Assembly (NCBI RefSeq): GCF_009914755.1
Contig: NC_060947.1
DNA: 64,000 nucleotides
DNA from: the human T2T-CHM13v2.0 reference genome, Homo sapiens
Direction: 5' to 3' (one strand)
Shown here: piece after piece, positions 41,205 through 55,879 of the stretch
Layout: each line of letters begins with the position of its first letter
How positions within the stretch are numbered: the stretch's first letter is position 1
Notes under the pieces: generated by a model
Told to the model about the DNA's origin: nothing
What the model saw: the letters and a program-made list of their open reading frames with translations, nothing else
The model's database searches: none
Made by a program: the position numbers and the translations under genes

Positions 41205-43209
41205 GAGTTTGTTTATCAAATGCCTTAATGCAGTCCTTTTTGTGTTAAAACTGCTAGGTGTTCTATAATGTTTTTCTACTTGGATATGGATATCTTTCTC
41301 CAGGTTTGGGAAATTCTCTGTTATCATCTTTTTGAACAAACTTTCTTCCCCCATCACTTTCTCTACTTCCTCTGTAAGGCCAATAGCTCTTAAGTTTGCA
41401 GTTTTAAGGCTGCTTTCCAGATCCTGTAGCCATGCTTCGTTTTTTTTTCTTTTATCTCCGCTTACTGTGTGTTTTCAAACAGCCTGTCTTTAGGCCCAGT
41501 AATTCTTTCTTCTGCTTGATTAATTCTGCTATTAAAGGATGCCGAAGAATTCTTCAGTATGCCAATTTCATTTTTCAGCTCTAGAATTTCCGCTTGATTA
41601 TTTTTGATTGCTTCTATCTTTTTGTTAAATGTGTCTTATAGGATTCTGAATTCCTTCTTTGTTCATTTGGTGAGATCATGTTTTCCTGGATGGTGATAAT
41701 GCTGATAGATGTTCTTCAATATCTGGGCATTGAAGAGATATGTATTTATTGTAGTCTTCACTACTAGACATGTTTGTACTCCTCCTTCTTGGAAGGCATT
41801 TTCAGATGTTTAAAAGGACTTGGATGTTGTGATCTAAGCTTTATCTGCTTTTGGGGGCGCACCAAGCACACTAATGCTGTGGTTCTTGATGGTCTTAGAC
41901 AATATCCAAGAGAATTCTCTGGATTACCACTAAAAAACTTTTATTCTCTTCCCTTACTTTCTCCCAAACATATAGTCTTTCTCTGTTCAGAACCTCCTAA
42001 AGCTGAGGGTGAACTTACTCATGTACCCTTGTGCCCACCAACACTATGACTGTACTGGGTCAGACCTGAAACCAGCACAGCACGGAGTCTCTCCCAAGGC
42101 CTGTGGTAACCACTCCCTAGCTACTGCATATGTTTCCTCAAGGCCCTGGGGCTCTATAATCAGTAGGTGACAAAGTCAGCCAGGCCTGTGTCTCTCCCTT
42201 CTGGGAAGTGAGGTCTCCCAGGCCCCAGGTGAGTCCAAAAGCAACATCCTGGCATCAGGGGCTAGAGTAAAAAATATTAGGAGTCTACCTGGTATTCTAT
42301 TGTATCTCAGCTGAGCTAGCACTCAAACCATACGATGTAGTTCTTCCACACTTTTCTCCCCTTTCCAAAGGCACAGGAGCCTCACCCTGAAGCCATCTCC
42401 ACCTCAGGCCATGTGGAGTACTCTCAGACTACCCTGGATATTCTCTTAAGGTCCAAGGTCTCTTAAGTCAGCTTGTGGTGAATTTTGCCTGACCTGAGAC
42501 TCCCCTGCATGGTCGTAGGCTCCCCTCTCACCCAGGGCATGTCCAGAAATGCCATCCAAGTGTCACATCTTAGAATCAGAGATCCCAAGGGCCTGCTTAT
42601 TCCTCTACCCTCTGTGGTTGTGATGGTACCTAAAGTGCAAGACAAAGTCCCCTTTACTTTTCCCTCTGCTTTTCTCAAATAGAAAGAGTTTTGGCCCATA
42701 ACCACCAAAACTGGCAATGTGCTGAGTCTCACCTGAAGCCAGCAAGTCTTGGAGGCTCATCCAAGGACCTTGGTGTAATACCAAGGTAAAACTTGTGGTT
42801 ATTCAGAGTCCAAGGGCTCTTCAGTTAACAGATGAATGCTGCTAGGAATGAGTCATTTCCTTCAAGGCAGTGGGTTTCCTTCTGGCCCAGGATGTGTCTA
42901 GAAATGGCATCTGGGAACTAGGGCCTATAACAGGGGTCTCATGACTCTGACCAGTGCCCTGTCCTGTAATGGCTGAGTTGGTATCCAAGATGCAAGACAA
43001 AATTCTCCCCATTCTCCCCTCTTCTCTCCTCAAGTATAAGGAATGAGTATCTTTTGAAGCTGTTAGATGTGCAGCCTGGGGTTAGGGGAGGGGTGATGTC
43101 AGCACTCCTTGGGCTGCCCCAACTTGTGTCTCAGTAGGTCATGTTTCTCCCCAGTTTACTGTCTCTGGGCCTAGTTCAGCACTAGGACTCACCTAAGAAT
43201 TGCAGTCCT

Positions 43210-44598
<1,389 letters not shown>

Positions 44599-45257
44599 AA
44601 GAATTGCAGTCCTTATTTTTTTGCAGTCCAAAAAAGAATTGCCTAGACTACCTTACCTTTCAAGTTTACTTGGAGTGTTGTAGCCCTTGGTGGCAAGGTT
44701 TGAAGGCACACAAGTTCAGACCTCAGCAATCAGCAATTCCCCTGTGGCTAAGGCTGGTTGAAATTCTCCCTTGGTAGCCAGGCATCATCTGAGTTTGGTC
44801 TGATTTTCCTTTCTGTTCTAATAGGACAGCACTGAGTTCCATGCCTCACGATTGTGTTCTCCCTCCCCCAGTGCCCAGAGATGCTCTCCATACCATGCTG
44901 AAGCTGCAGGGGGTGGGGGTGGTTCCGGCCACTCAGGACTGTTTTTTTCTATGTCTTCAGTGCCTCTTTCTGCTATATGAAGTTAAAACCAGTTACTGTA
45001 AGTGCTCATCTGACATTTGGTTCTTGTGAAGGTGATTTTTCTGTGTAGATATTTGTTAAATAGTTTTCTTTGCAGAGGGGGACAATCGGTGAAGCTTTCC
45101 TTTCAACCATCTTGCTCAGCCTCTAATTTTATGAATCTTTCTATTTCACAACAATCATTATCATGACTCAGGTCAACCTGTTTTATGATATTTGTCATTT
45201 GCACTTTCTGTAACAAGTAATTTGAAGACATGCAACTTTTTCCTTTAGTTGTTTACA

Positions 45258-45388
45258 TATGTGTCTCCTCTACTAAGTCTTGCATTCCTTGAAGGAAGGA
45301 GCAATGTACTGTGCAACCTTATACTACTTGTAACTGATACAGTCATGGTGCATAGTAAATGATATATAAATACTCATTGAATGAATGA
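45258..45388 (+). mobile_element. L2 3' end
   Basis: ttccttgaaggaagg...ggtgcatagtaaatgat...aatactcattgaatgaatga. Confidence 0.7.
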
Positions 45389-45694
45389 TCAAGAATGGAA
45401 ACTGAACCATGAAGGCTAGTTTGTGATTTACACAAACATTGGCAAAGTTCTGGCACAAATTTTATATGAAAAATTTAAACACTTAAAATCAACAGAACTT
45501 GTATCTAGAATCTGAATTGTTCTAGTCATTATCTCAGTTTTTACTTTTTAAAAATACAATTAATGTACAAATATAATTTTAGCTGTGAACAGTGAAGTTT
45601 AATTGGTTGATGACACAATCTGGTTTTTGATAAGGGTATGAAAACCATGTGCCCTCTAACTTTTCACTGTGGCTGTTTTTGCTTTGTTTTGGTG

Positions 45695-45930
45695 AGCAAC
45701 TATTGAGTTTTTATTGTGTGCCAAGCACTGTACATACATTACTTTATTAAACTATCATATGAGAATAGGAGAGTTAAATTGACTTATTTAATGCCATACC
45801 TCTAATGAGAACAAGTGATATAGTTTCAATCTTTACCTGATCTCAGGTAAAGATCGCAAGGTTTTTTGTCCTTGCGATAGTTTGCTGAGAATGATGGTTT
45901 CCAGCTCCAAGCATATGTTTACTAAACTAG
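45695..45930 (-). mobile_element. MIR remnant interrupted by a short L1 patch
   Basis: tattgagtttttattgtgtgccaagcactg...gagagttaaattgactt...ctga|ctccaagcatatg. Confidence 0.55.
45860..45906 (-). mobile_element. 47-bp isolated young L1 ORF2 fragment, no tail or TSD
   Basis: Exact reverse complement of 44248-44294. Confidence 0.9.
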
Positions 45931-47080
45931 ACAGCATCTGATTCTCAGTCTCCTAAGAGGCTTTCCTACATTTTCCATGAAGAAATAGTGATAACAGAGA
46001 CTCACCAAAATTAACATATACAAAACCTTATTTTCCACTAGCCCTGGAGCAAAGCTGTTCATTCCAGAAAGATAGATATGTCTATGAAACAGATAATGAA
46101 AGAAAACTACATTAATTAATCTCTGGTGATCAAATGGTAAGAATCTTTGCAGGGTGCAAAAAAGAACAAATATAAGAGCAACTAAAAATGTTATGTGTGT
46201 TATGATGGAATAGTCTTGTCAGTAAACTTTGTAAGCGATGCAGTTAAATGATGCAATTTGAGGGTCAGGAAGAAGACTAATGCTTACAGGGAGGCTAACA
46301 CTTGAAATTTTGTAATTTGCCTGTAAGCAATGAATGTTGATTTTTATTAACATGCAGATACACTTGGGTTGGAAATACATCAAGTAGTTATGAATAAATT
46401 TATCTTCGTATGACGTAATGAATTGAGCATATATTTGTTAGGGTTAGAAAAATAGATCAAAAGAGATTCTGGGTAATAATGACACTGAGTAAAACATATG
46501 CAATATTAGGGGAAAATAGGTTCTTAAACTTAAGAAAGCACATAGAAGTCAAATTCAGCAGAAAAATGTCTCGCAAAGCCTGAGAGATCCAGAAATACTA
46601 GGTTTAGATTTTTTTTACCCTTTTGTTGGAACCTCGATATGAGGTTAGGGTTATCTACCCTGATACAGTTAGAATCTTGCTTTTCGCCTATATTGTGAAT
46701 TAATGATATTCTGCCCTAGAGGGAAAAAATAGTTCCTTATTTGGGGTTATTTGCAGAAGTGTGAAAGAACAGTTTGAAACAAATTCCTTATTTGGACCTT
46801 CTTTGTTTTCTTCTCAGGTTGTAACTTCAGGTCATGATTCCTTGCTTGATTTGGACCCCAGTGAAATGGCTATAGCCTGAAGGAAATCTTCCAGGTAGAT
46901 AGACAGAGGGAGCAAGAAAAACTGCATTCTCTGCAGTTTTACCTCTGTGTGCAACCATGAAAGAAAAGCACAGATTGAATAGATCAGCCCGGTCTGTGTG
47001 AACCAGGTTCAGGTATGAGGATCAAAGAAAGGAAAGGTGTCTGTGGCTTGAGAATATGGTCACAGGGAGAAACATGCAAG

Positions 47081-47116
47081 CACACACACACACACGCACA
47101 CACACACACACACACG
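47081..47116. repeat. (CA)n microsatellite
   Basis: Interrupted CA run. Confidence 0.95.
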
Positions 47117-47179
47117 ACACTACTGCTATAAATGGAAGGATGATCTTTGTGGGAAAATGTGTAAAAAACCAACCTGGCT

Positions 47180-47415
47180 AGGTACAGAAGTATGTGTAGG
47201 CTTTAAAATCAGACACACTTATTTTCAGACTTGGCTCTGGAACAGTAAGCTATTTGAGTTAGAACATGCCACATAATCACTTAGCTTTAGTTTCCTCGTC
47301 TAAAAATAGCTGTTATCTTCGTACCTTTTCAGAGGACTTTTCTAGAAATTAATGATACAGTATATAAAAAATATTCAGCACAGTGTCTACTATAGAATAA
47401 AACTCAATAAATGGT
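47180..47415 (+). mobile_element. MIR
   Basis: ggctttaaaatcagac...ggctctg...tttagtttcctcgtctaaaaatag...cagcacagtgtct...ctcaataaatgg. Confidence 0.7.
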
Positions 47416-47798
47416 ATCAATGATTATGATGATAAGCATGTCAATGATGATGATAACAGTAACAATGATAATGATACTGTAATTATTTTTAGCATAAGCT
47501 TTAGGCAATAAATTGTGATAAATACTGTATATCATTTTATACTGCATAAAACTTTAATATTAATTAAAACATAGCATATCACACTCACCAATCACCTACT
47601 TACTGATTTTCGAAGGACTCTTCATATCATTTTGATAAATAAGATTCACATTACATATTTTTCCTTAGGTATACAAATATTACTTCTACCTGTTTTTTCT
47701 TTCTAATTGGATAATTCAGAGAACAAACATTTAAAATTAGTAAGGATATGGAATATTGGAGCAACAAAATTAATAAGCTTGATCTAATACATGTGCGT

Positions 47799-47829
<31 letters not shown>
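47799..47829. repeat. (CA)n microsatellite
   Basis: Pure CA run next to the Tigger end. Confidence 0.95.
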
Positions 47830-47831
<2 letters not shown>

Positions 47832-48170
47832 GTCAACCCTCCTTATCTGTGGGTTTCAAATTAATAGATACAACCAACTGTGGCTGAAAAAGCATTGGGA
47901 AAAAAATAGATGATTGCATCTGTACTAATTCCTGTCATTATTCTTTAAACAATACACTAAAACAACTATTTACATAGTATTTATATTGTATTAGGTATTA
48001 TAAGTAATCTAGAAATGATTCAAAACATATGGAAGTATGTGCATAGATTATATGCAAGTATTTCATCATTTTATATGGAATTTGAGCACCTGTGGATATT
48101 TGTATCTGTGGAGCATATCTGTGGGGATGGGTTATAGAACCAATCTCTGATGGATATCAGAGGATGACTG
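47830..48170. mobile_element. Tigger3a/MER7-type TcMar-Tigger MITE
   Basis: TIR-like ends gtcaaccctccttatctgtggg / tggatatcagaggatgactg; internal gtattaggtattataagtaatctagaaatgatt. Confidence 0.85.
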
Positions 48171-48936
48171 TGTAGAGAGAGAAAGCGAAAGAGAGAGTCA
48201 TCAGTAACAAATAATGGAGAAACTAGAAACCTATTAATGTTTTTCATATGCCCTTCATCTGAATATAGCTACAATGTGTTGACAGCTTCAAGTAAACATA
48301 CAGAAGAGCTGTATATACAATTCAAGATCAGTGGTTGGATCTTCCTACTAGACCAGTCTGTTGAAAGAAGTTGGTAATTAATGGAGTTTGCACAGGTATG
48401 AGAAATCTATAGTAACACCCACAAGCCTAATCTAAACTTAATTGTGGTGAACAAATAATTATTAAACACCTGCATACCCAAACCTTATACCTGAATAAAA
48501 AGGCAAGTGTTTTCCACAAATATAGGAAAAGTACAAGAGAAAGGATCTTGTGAAAGAGTGTCATAGAAAGAGAAATAATATATGACCTCCTCCCTCAAAG
48601 TTATTTTAATCTAATAGCAGAGGAAAGTATTTATATATAACTATAAGACAAGCTAAATAGGTATCCTTAAAAAGGTATAGTCACAGGAAAATGTTATATC
48701 TGAAGTGGTTCATTCTAAAAGTATGCTGAATTCTTAGCGGTAGGTAATAGGACAAGCTAGTTATAGATGAGCCAAAGGCAATATAACTGTTCTTTTGACT
48801 CTTGAGAGTGAAAAGCCAAAAGTATGATTTCTAGTTTCCAAAAAGGCATAGTGAACTGGACTAAAAGAAACATCAATTTCCTGGTTGTCAGTTATGGAAT
48901 GAAAAATCAGAGTGGAAATTTCACTTTTTAAAGGAT

Positions 48937-49153
48937 GTGATAGATTATCACAATCAGCCACAATATTATGTAGCTCCTCCCATTAAGAAGTTAAATCTAT
49001 ATTTGTACCCTTTGAATTTCACCTTGGTCATGTGAATTGTTTTGGCTATTTGAATATTATTAAATATAATACAAGCAGAGACTTTAAAAGTATTTGCACA
49101 TTAGACCAAGCCCTCTTTTGCTAATTGGAACTCTTCTGTACCTATTGTGAAAG
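48937..49153 (+). mobile_element. MLT1F-like LTR 5' fragment
   Basis: gctcctcccattaagaag...ggtcatgtgaattgttttggc...acaagcagagactttaaaagtatttgcaca. Confidence 0.7.
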
Positions 49154-49157
49154 AGCA

Positions 49158-50162
49158 TAGAAAACATAGATAAATCGGACTTCATCAAAATTAAACTTTT
49201 GTGCTACAAATGATACCATCAAGTAAGGAAAAATATAGACCATGGAATGGGAAAAAGTATGGGAGAAGATATTTGCAAATCATAACTCCTAGAACTTAAT
49301 AATACAAAGACAAATAATCAGATTAAAATATGGGCAAAATATTTGAATAGATGTTTCTCAAAAGAATATATACAAGAGGACAATAAGCATGTGAAAAGAT
49401 GCTTAATATCAGTGGCCATTAGAAAAATGCAAATCAAAACCACAATGAGGTACCACTTCATTACAAATAGAATGGCTATAATCCAAAAGATAAGTGTTGA
49501 CAAGCATGTGGAAAAATTGAAATCATCATACACTGCTGGTAGGAATGTAAAATGGTGTAGCCACTTTGAAAATAGTCTAAAGCTTCTAAAATGCTTAAAC
49601 ATAGGTTTATAATATGACCCAGCAATTCTATTCCAAGATATAGGCCCAAGAGAAATAAAAAGATATGTTCACACAAAAATTTGTACATGAATGTTTATAA
49701 TATTCACAGTAGCCAAAAGGTGGAAACAACTCAAATGTTTATCAATGAATGAATTATCAGTATGTTGTAAATCCATTTAACGGAATATCATTCAGCAATA
49801 AAAAGAATGAAATGTTAACAGATGCTTAAACTCAGATGGACCTTGAAAACATTATGCTAAGTGAAAGAAGCCAGTCACAAAAGACCACATATAATATGAT
49901 TCTATTTATATTAAGTATCCAGAATAGGCAAGTGTGTAGAGACATAAAGTATTAATGGTTGCCTAGGACTGGGGTGAATGAGGATTGGGGAGAAATACTT
50001 TAAGTGTATCATGGTTCTTTTTAGGATGATAATAATGTTCTAAAATTGATTGTGATAATGATTTCACAACTTTGGGAATACACTAAAAACCATTGAATTG
50101 TATAATTTCAGTGGGTAAATTGTTTGGTATGTGAATTATGTCTCAATAAAACTGCTACAAAA
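49158..50162 (+). mobile_element. L1MB 3' end
   Basis: ORF 49343..49612 ([11 protein letters not shown]); 3'UTR ends gtgaattatgtctcaataaaactg. Confidence 0.88.
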
Positions 50163-51082
50163 GAATCAAAGTGAAGGACATAAAACAATACCTGAGCAAC
50201 TTGAAAAAAAGTTTTTAAAAATGAAGTACATATTATAAAAATATTAACGATGCCAAAATTAATTTACAAATTTAATGAACTTTCAGTTAGAATACAACTA
50301 CTGAGAGCTAGAATTCTTAAAATTGGTTAAAAATAATTTAAAAGATTACATAATAAATGTCTGAGTATACCCAATAAAATAGTAGAAAAGGCAAATAGAA
50401 CTTGCCTTAGTAGCTATAGAATGTATCAGAAAGCCACTATAATTAAAACAGTATAGTATTGCTATAAAATTATGAAATTAGGTTATTTAAAATAATAAAG
50501 ATATTTGATGCATAGTGTATGCTTACAGGGTTTTGATGAGTGAAAGGTATCACCCATGAATTTTATACTCCGGAGTTTTCATTTATGTGTGAAGGTATTT
50601 AAAATAATTTCTTGCATGTACATAGACTTAAGATGTGGAAAACAATTATCGACATATTTCATGTTATTTAAAAGCAATAAAAGTACTCATAGATGAGGAT
50701 GTTGGAATATAAAAGGATTGAAGAGAGTTTTGAAAATCTAAAAGCAATGGTAAACATGGCTTCAGAATATATTACACTTCTTATGAGTATATTATATTTT
50801 TGGAGAGCATATTTAAAATAATAGACACTAGATCATACCAGCTCAAATTAGCAGATAGGAGGATGTGTAAAAATGTTCTCATTTTACATAACTACTGTCT
50901 CATTCTAATGCTGATCATCAAGTAAATATAGATTTAGGAATTATTTAAAAATTAAAATTAGGACCTTATATGAATAAATACGTTTCTTTGCCAATATTGC
51001 TTTTGTCTTTACACACAATATCTATTACACGTACATTGGTGAACATACAATAATTCTGTCTTTCTAGTCATATATATTCATT

Positions 51083-51406
51083 GTAGGACTGTAAATAAAA
51101 CATCCTGTTCTCCTTAGCCAAGGAGTAGTTGTATGTCCCAGACTAGTGAATTCATACCTGAAACACAAAAAAAGGAGAAACCATTTTAAGTTAATTTATT
51201 CTATTGGTGGTATCATGATGAATATTCTCTGATACCTGGACCCCTATTTCTTCCCTGGAAGCTACATATTTTTTTTCTGATTCTGGTTCTGTAGCCTTCC
51301 TATCAGTCCTATGATCCCACTGATACCTTTCCCAAAAATTGTTTATTCTGTCCAAACTAGTGAGACACAAGTTTTATTGTTTACAGCCAACGAAGGTAAC
51401 TGATAC
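51083..51406 (+). mobile_element. old MLT1 LTR remnant
   Basis: gtatgtcccagactag...gttttattgtttacagccaacgaaggtaactgatac. Confidence 0.45.
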
Positions 51407-51949
51407 GATTATCAACACTTAAAACAAGTTTTATAATTTTGAATAGAGGTACAAGTCTAAGAAAAAAAAACACACAGAAAATTAAAAATTCAAAGAAAAA
51501 TAAAATAGGATGGAAATTTAAATGACATATATAATATCAAATATATATAGTGAAACAATAAATATACCATTATGTACTAAAATAGACTTTGTGTAGGAAA
51601 AGTATTAAAGATAAAAAGTCTATGTAGAAGGAGGCCACAGTATGTAAAGTAAATGAGTGAGTCTAGGTATATGTGCAGTAGAAACACATACCTATGTGTA
51701 TCAGAAGACATAAACAAAAGTGTTCATGGTGGCATTTGATATAATAGTCCCAAACTCAAAAAAGTACACATAACAAAAATATTAGAAAGAGAGCATTTCA
51801 TATACATGTTCACAATTTCTTCCAAAACCATGAGACAAATATCTATGTTATTGACAACATTGCACATCCTAGAAAGAAAAAGTCATGCATATGCTTATAA
51901 AATACATATAAAACATAATTTCATATAAAATACCTGAAATTATACATAA

Positions 51950-53245
51950 TATATTACACAGCATGGTGAGTGTGGTGAAGAAAAATAAAGCAGGGTAAAC
52001 AAGTGGAGACTATGGTGATGGTGAGGTAGATTACAGAGGGTGGTCCTAGCTGCCCTTGGACAAAAACAAGAAACATGTCAAATTGATGGAGAAAACAAAC
52101 CACCTGACAGTGCACAAACTGCATCAATGTCTTGGGGTTAGAACATCCTGCAGCAAGGAGAAAGATGAGGAGCAGAAGGGAAAATTCCCAAATTTGTGCA
52201 AGCGTCGTAACCTATGATTAGCGTCTTTGGGCTAACTTGTGCTCATTCTAATAGTAAGAAGCACACCCCTGGATGGAGAATTAAGATGCTAATGACACAA
52301 GATATAATGTACTATTATGTACCGCCACTGCACATGCAGGCCTGAAAACCACCCGCAACATGCTTAATATTATAGCAGCACTTCTTTCCTGCCTCTGTAT
52401 AAATAATCATGTAAGACCCCCATAAATGGAGTTTCCCTAGTGCCAGTTGGTGCTGTCTCATTCTCAAGCAGCCCACTCTAACTTCGCTTTCAGAATTTAT
52501 TTTTGCCTTGCAATAAAGCTTCTTTGCTTACTTTAACTTTGATTTAATTCTCAAATTCTTTTGTGCGGTGAAGACAAGAACCTGAACCGGCTCACCAACA
52601 AGAAATGGGGTGTTATTTTATATAAGAAGGTCAGAGGAGGCTACTGTGATAGGATAATACTTGAGCATGTACCTGAGAGACATGAGAGTGACTCACAAAG
52701 ATTCTTTAGGAAAATGTTGTAGGCAAAAGAATCAAAAGTAAAAATTCCCTGTTTTGCAAACATGATCGATATTTGCATAACAAAACATGGAACATATTAT
52801 GGTGGGAGGAGACTGACCAACAGTGAGAGTAATAGAATATGTGATAGGAGAAGCAGCTGAGGGCTGTCATCTTTACAGGGCCCTGTAAGCCCCTGTAAGT
52901 AATTTAGTTTTTACTTTGAGTGAGAGGGCTCATTTTTGGTAGGTTACTAACCTATATCTGTAAAGGATCAATCTGGGACAATATGATGAATAGACTATAA
53001 AAAAGCAAGTGTGGATTCATGGAGAAGCATTAAGAGGCTACTGAAAAATAATCTGAATGAGAGAATAATAGTGGTTTTGACTAGGTAGTGTAGGGAGATG
53101 ATGAGAGTGGTCAGATTATTACAAAGTTATATCTGATTAATTGAATGTGTTATCTGAAAAGGGAAGACAAAGTCAATGACCACTTTAGGGAATTTGACCT
53201 GCACAACATGAAGAAGAATGAAGTTGCCTTTAACTACTGAGATGT
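51950..53245 (-). mobile_element. L2 fragment split by an ERV1 LTR
   Basis: gaagaaaaataaagcaggg...gaaggtcagaggaggct...gagaagcattaagaggctactg...gttgcctttaactactgagatg. Confidence 0.7.
52022..52604 (+). mobile_element. ERV1 (MER4-group) solo LTR, family not assigned
   Basis: Starts TG; tataaat and caataaa signals; end ctcaaattcttttgtgcggtgaagacaagaacctg; 4-bp TSD atgg. Confidence 0.75.
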
Positions 53246-53383
53246 GTATCATATATATGTATGTATGAAAATGACTTGAAGTATACGTATGTATCACACA
53301 GTTACAGTAGTTACATCTATGTGTGGAATTAGAGATTTTTTTCTTTTTGCGTATCTATATTTGGCATTATTTTTATTCAGAAA

Positions 53384-53891
53384 TGCATTGGCTTTTATTG
53401 CAGTCATACAAATTACCATGAACTTACTATCTTAAAACAATATAAGTTTATTATCTTCTAGTTCTTTAGGTCAGACATCTGATACTGTTCTGACTGAGCT
53501 AAAATCAAGGTCTTGGCATGGCTGTATTCCTTTATGGAGGTTCCGGAAGAGAATCCATTTCTTTGCTATTCCCAGCTTCTGAAGTCCATCCACATTCCTT
53601 GAGTTGAGGATCCCTTCCACCTTCTTTACAGCCAGGAATCTAATGTCTCTCTGAACCTTTTTACATTGTCACAAATTTCTCTTTCAGCACAGCAGGAGAA
53701 AGTTCTTCACTTTTAAAGATGCATATGATTAGGTGGAGCTAACCTGGATAATATAGGATAATCTACACACCAATATGTTTTTAACCGTAATCACATCTGT
53801 AGAGTTTCTTTTTACCATGTAGATAGATATTAACAGGTTCTAAGAATTAGGATGTGGACATATTTGTACAACCATTATTTTGCCTACCACA
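53384..53891 (-). mobile_element. MLT1D LTR
   Basis: acaaattacc...gctaaaatcaaggtcttggc...ccattattttgcctaccaca. Confidence 0.88.
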
Positions 53892-54237
53892 ACAAATGGC
53901 CATTTCTGGAAGAAACATGTATGTGAATGAGGCAATATTCAAAATATATTCTTATGCCCAAAACCCATTAATGATTACTGTTTAATTTTTAGCTAAATTC
54001 CTTCTAAATTCTAAGCATGCAGACTTTCTCTTCTTTTTCCAATTAAAAATATAATATATGCAAATTTATTCACTCAATATTTATTCAACAGTGCCAGGCC
54101 ATATGTTTGACAGTGGATATACAAACTACAACCATAGTTTTATAGCATTATATTATAAGCACTTACACTGTTATTAAATAATTTAAAAATATAACTTTCA
54201 AAGCATAATAAGAATGTACTAAAATTCATTTAACATT

Positions 54238-54595
54238 TGTATTAGTCCGTTTTCACACTGCTGATAAAGACATACCTGAGACTGGGCAACTTACAAAAGG
54301 GAGAGGTTTAATTGGACTTACAGTCCTGTGTAGCTGGGGAAGCCTCACAATCATGTCACAAGGCAAGGAAGAGCAAGTCACATCTTACATGGATGGCAGC
54401 AAGCAAACAGAGAGAGCTTGTGCAGGGGAGCTCCTCTTTTTAAAACCATCAAATCTAGTGAGACTTATTCATTATCAAGAGAACAGTACATGAAAGACTT
54501 GCCCCCCATGATTCAATTACCTCCCACTGGGTCCCTCTCACAACATGTGGGAATTCAAGATGAGATTTGGGTGGGGACACAGCCAAACCATATCA
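54238..54595 (-). mobile_element. THE1 (A/B) solo LTR
   Basis: tgtattagtccgttttcac...ggggacacagccaaaccatatca; perfect 5-bp TSD acatt. Confidence 0.95.
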
Positions 54596-55459
54596 ACATT
54601 GGTCCAATATTGGGCCATAAAGTCAGTATATTATAATTTAACCATAAACATATATGCACTTTTGTGTATTTCCTGATTATCTGCCCAAAAAGTCATCCTA
54701 GAAGAGGATCAACCACAAAAAAGTACATAAGCATTTTAAAATATAATTTCAACAATGCAAGAGTTTTTGGTGTATTTATATACCAATTTATGTAATCACA
54801 GTAACAGGGTACCAGGTATTTTGTCTGTATATATTGATACAAATATGATGTGTATCATTCTCCTTTTCCACTTGACAATCTATCTCAGAGAACTTTCAAT
54901 TTCAGTACGTATAAATGTAGTTTGTTATTTTTAAATATCGTATAACACTGAATAAAATATATATACCATGTTCAATATGGTGACTGTCAAAGTGTTGGAT
55001 ATTTACACATTTCCTCTTTGTTTGTTATTATAATCTTTTGTTTCAGATTCATAAACTGATTTCCAAAAGGCTGAAGCAATTTAGATGGTAAGTACTATCA
55101 TATGTTTATGGGGCTGACTATCTCATATACCCTTGCCAATTGTTTTAACATAAATTTATTTTATTATAAACAATGTTGAATATTTCATTGGCTTATGACC
55201 ATTTATATTTCTTTTTTATTAATTATTTATATTTCTTACCACAAAATAACACTCTTTATATATCAGTTAGTTTGTTAATTTTGACACCTAAAATGATCAT
55301 GATTGACCCTGCATATTGGTGATCAATAGTGCTAGTGGCTGAGTTGTAATTAGGAAAGTCAAGAATTAACAAAGAGATTATACTTCTGTGCATGAGGACC
55401 AGAAAATGAAGAGCTCTGAGATTAGGGATAGACTTCAATGAGAAGGTTTCCACACAGGA

Positions 55460-55860
55460 ATGAATAGTTCAGTTCAGTATGGCTGATATATGGATCTAGT
55501 GTATTAGAAATATAATAAATAATCTTAGAAAAGTAGTTAGGGACCATATTGTGGAGAGCCATAAATTCAAGATTGAAAGTCTTTTTCCACCCTATGGTAA
55601 ATAAAAAGCAGAAAGTGCATTAGAACTGTGCTGTAGAAACATTAATCTCTTCAGTCCTAAATTGGAGTCAGGAAAGGAGTCCTGCTACTAATAAAAAAAA
55701 ACGAAAACAAATCTGAAGTGGTAGAAGTAAAAAACTTGTTTACTTGCAACTGATTTGATGTGAGAAGTGGGGTGAGGTGTGAAAAAAATCAAAAATGATT
55801 ATAAGGGTTGGTGTGAGGACGATGACAATAAAATCAGTTAAAAAAAATGGTAAGGGAAAT
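55460..55860 (-). mobile_element. L2 fragment
   Basis: gaaaagtagttagggaccatattgtggagagcc...acttgcaactgatttgatgtg. Confidence 0.55.
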
Positions 55861-55879
55861 CGTGAGCTACAGCAAAGCA

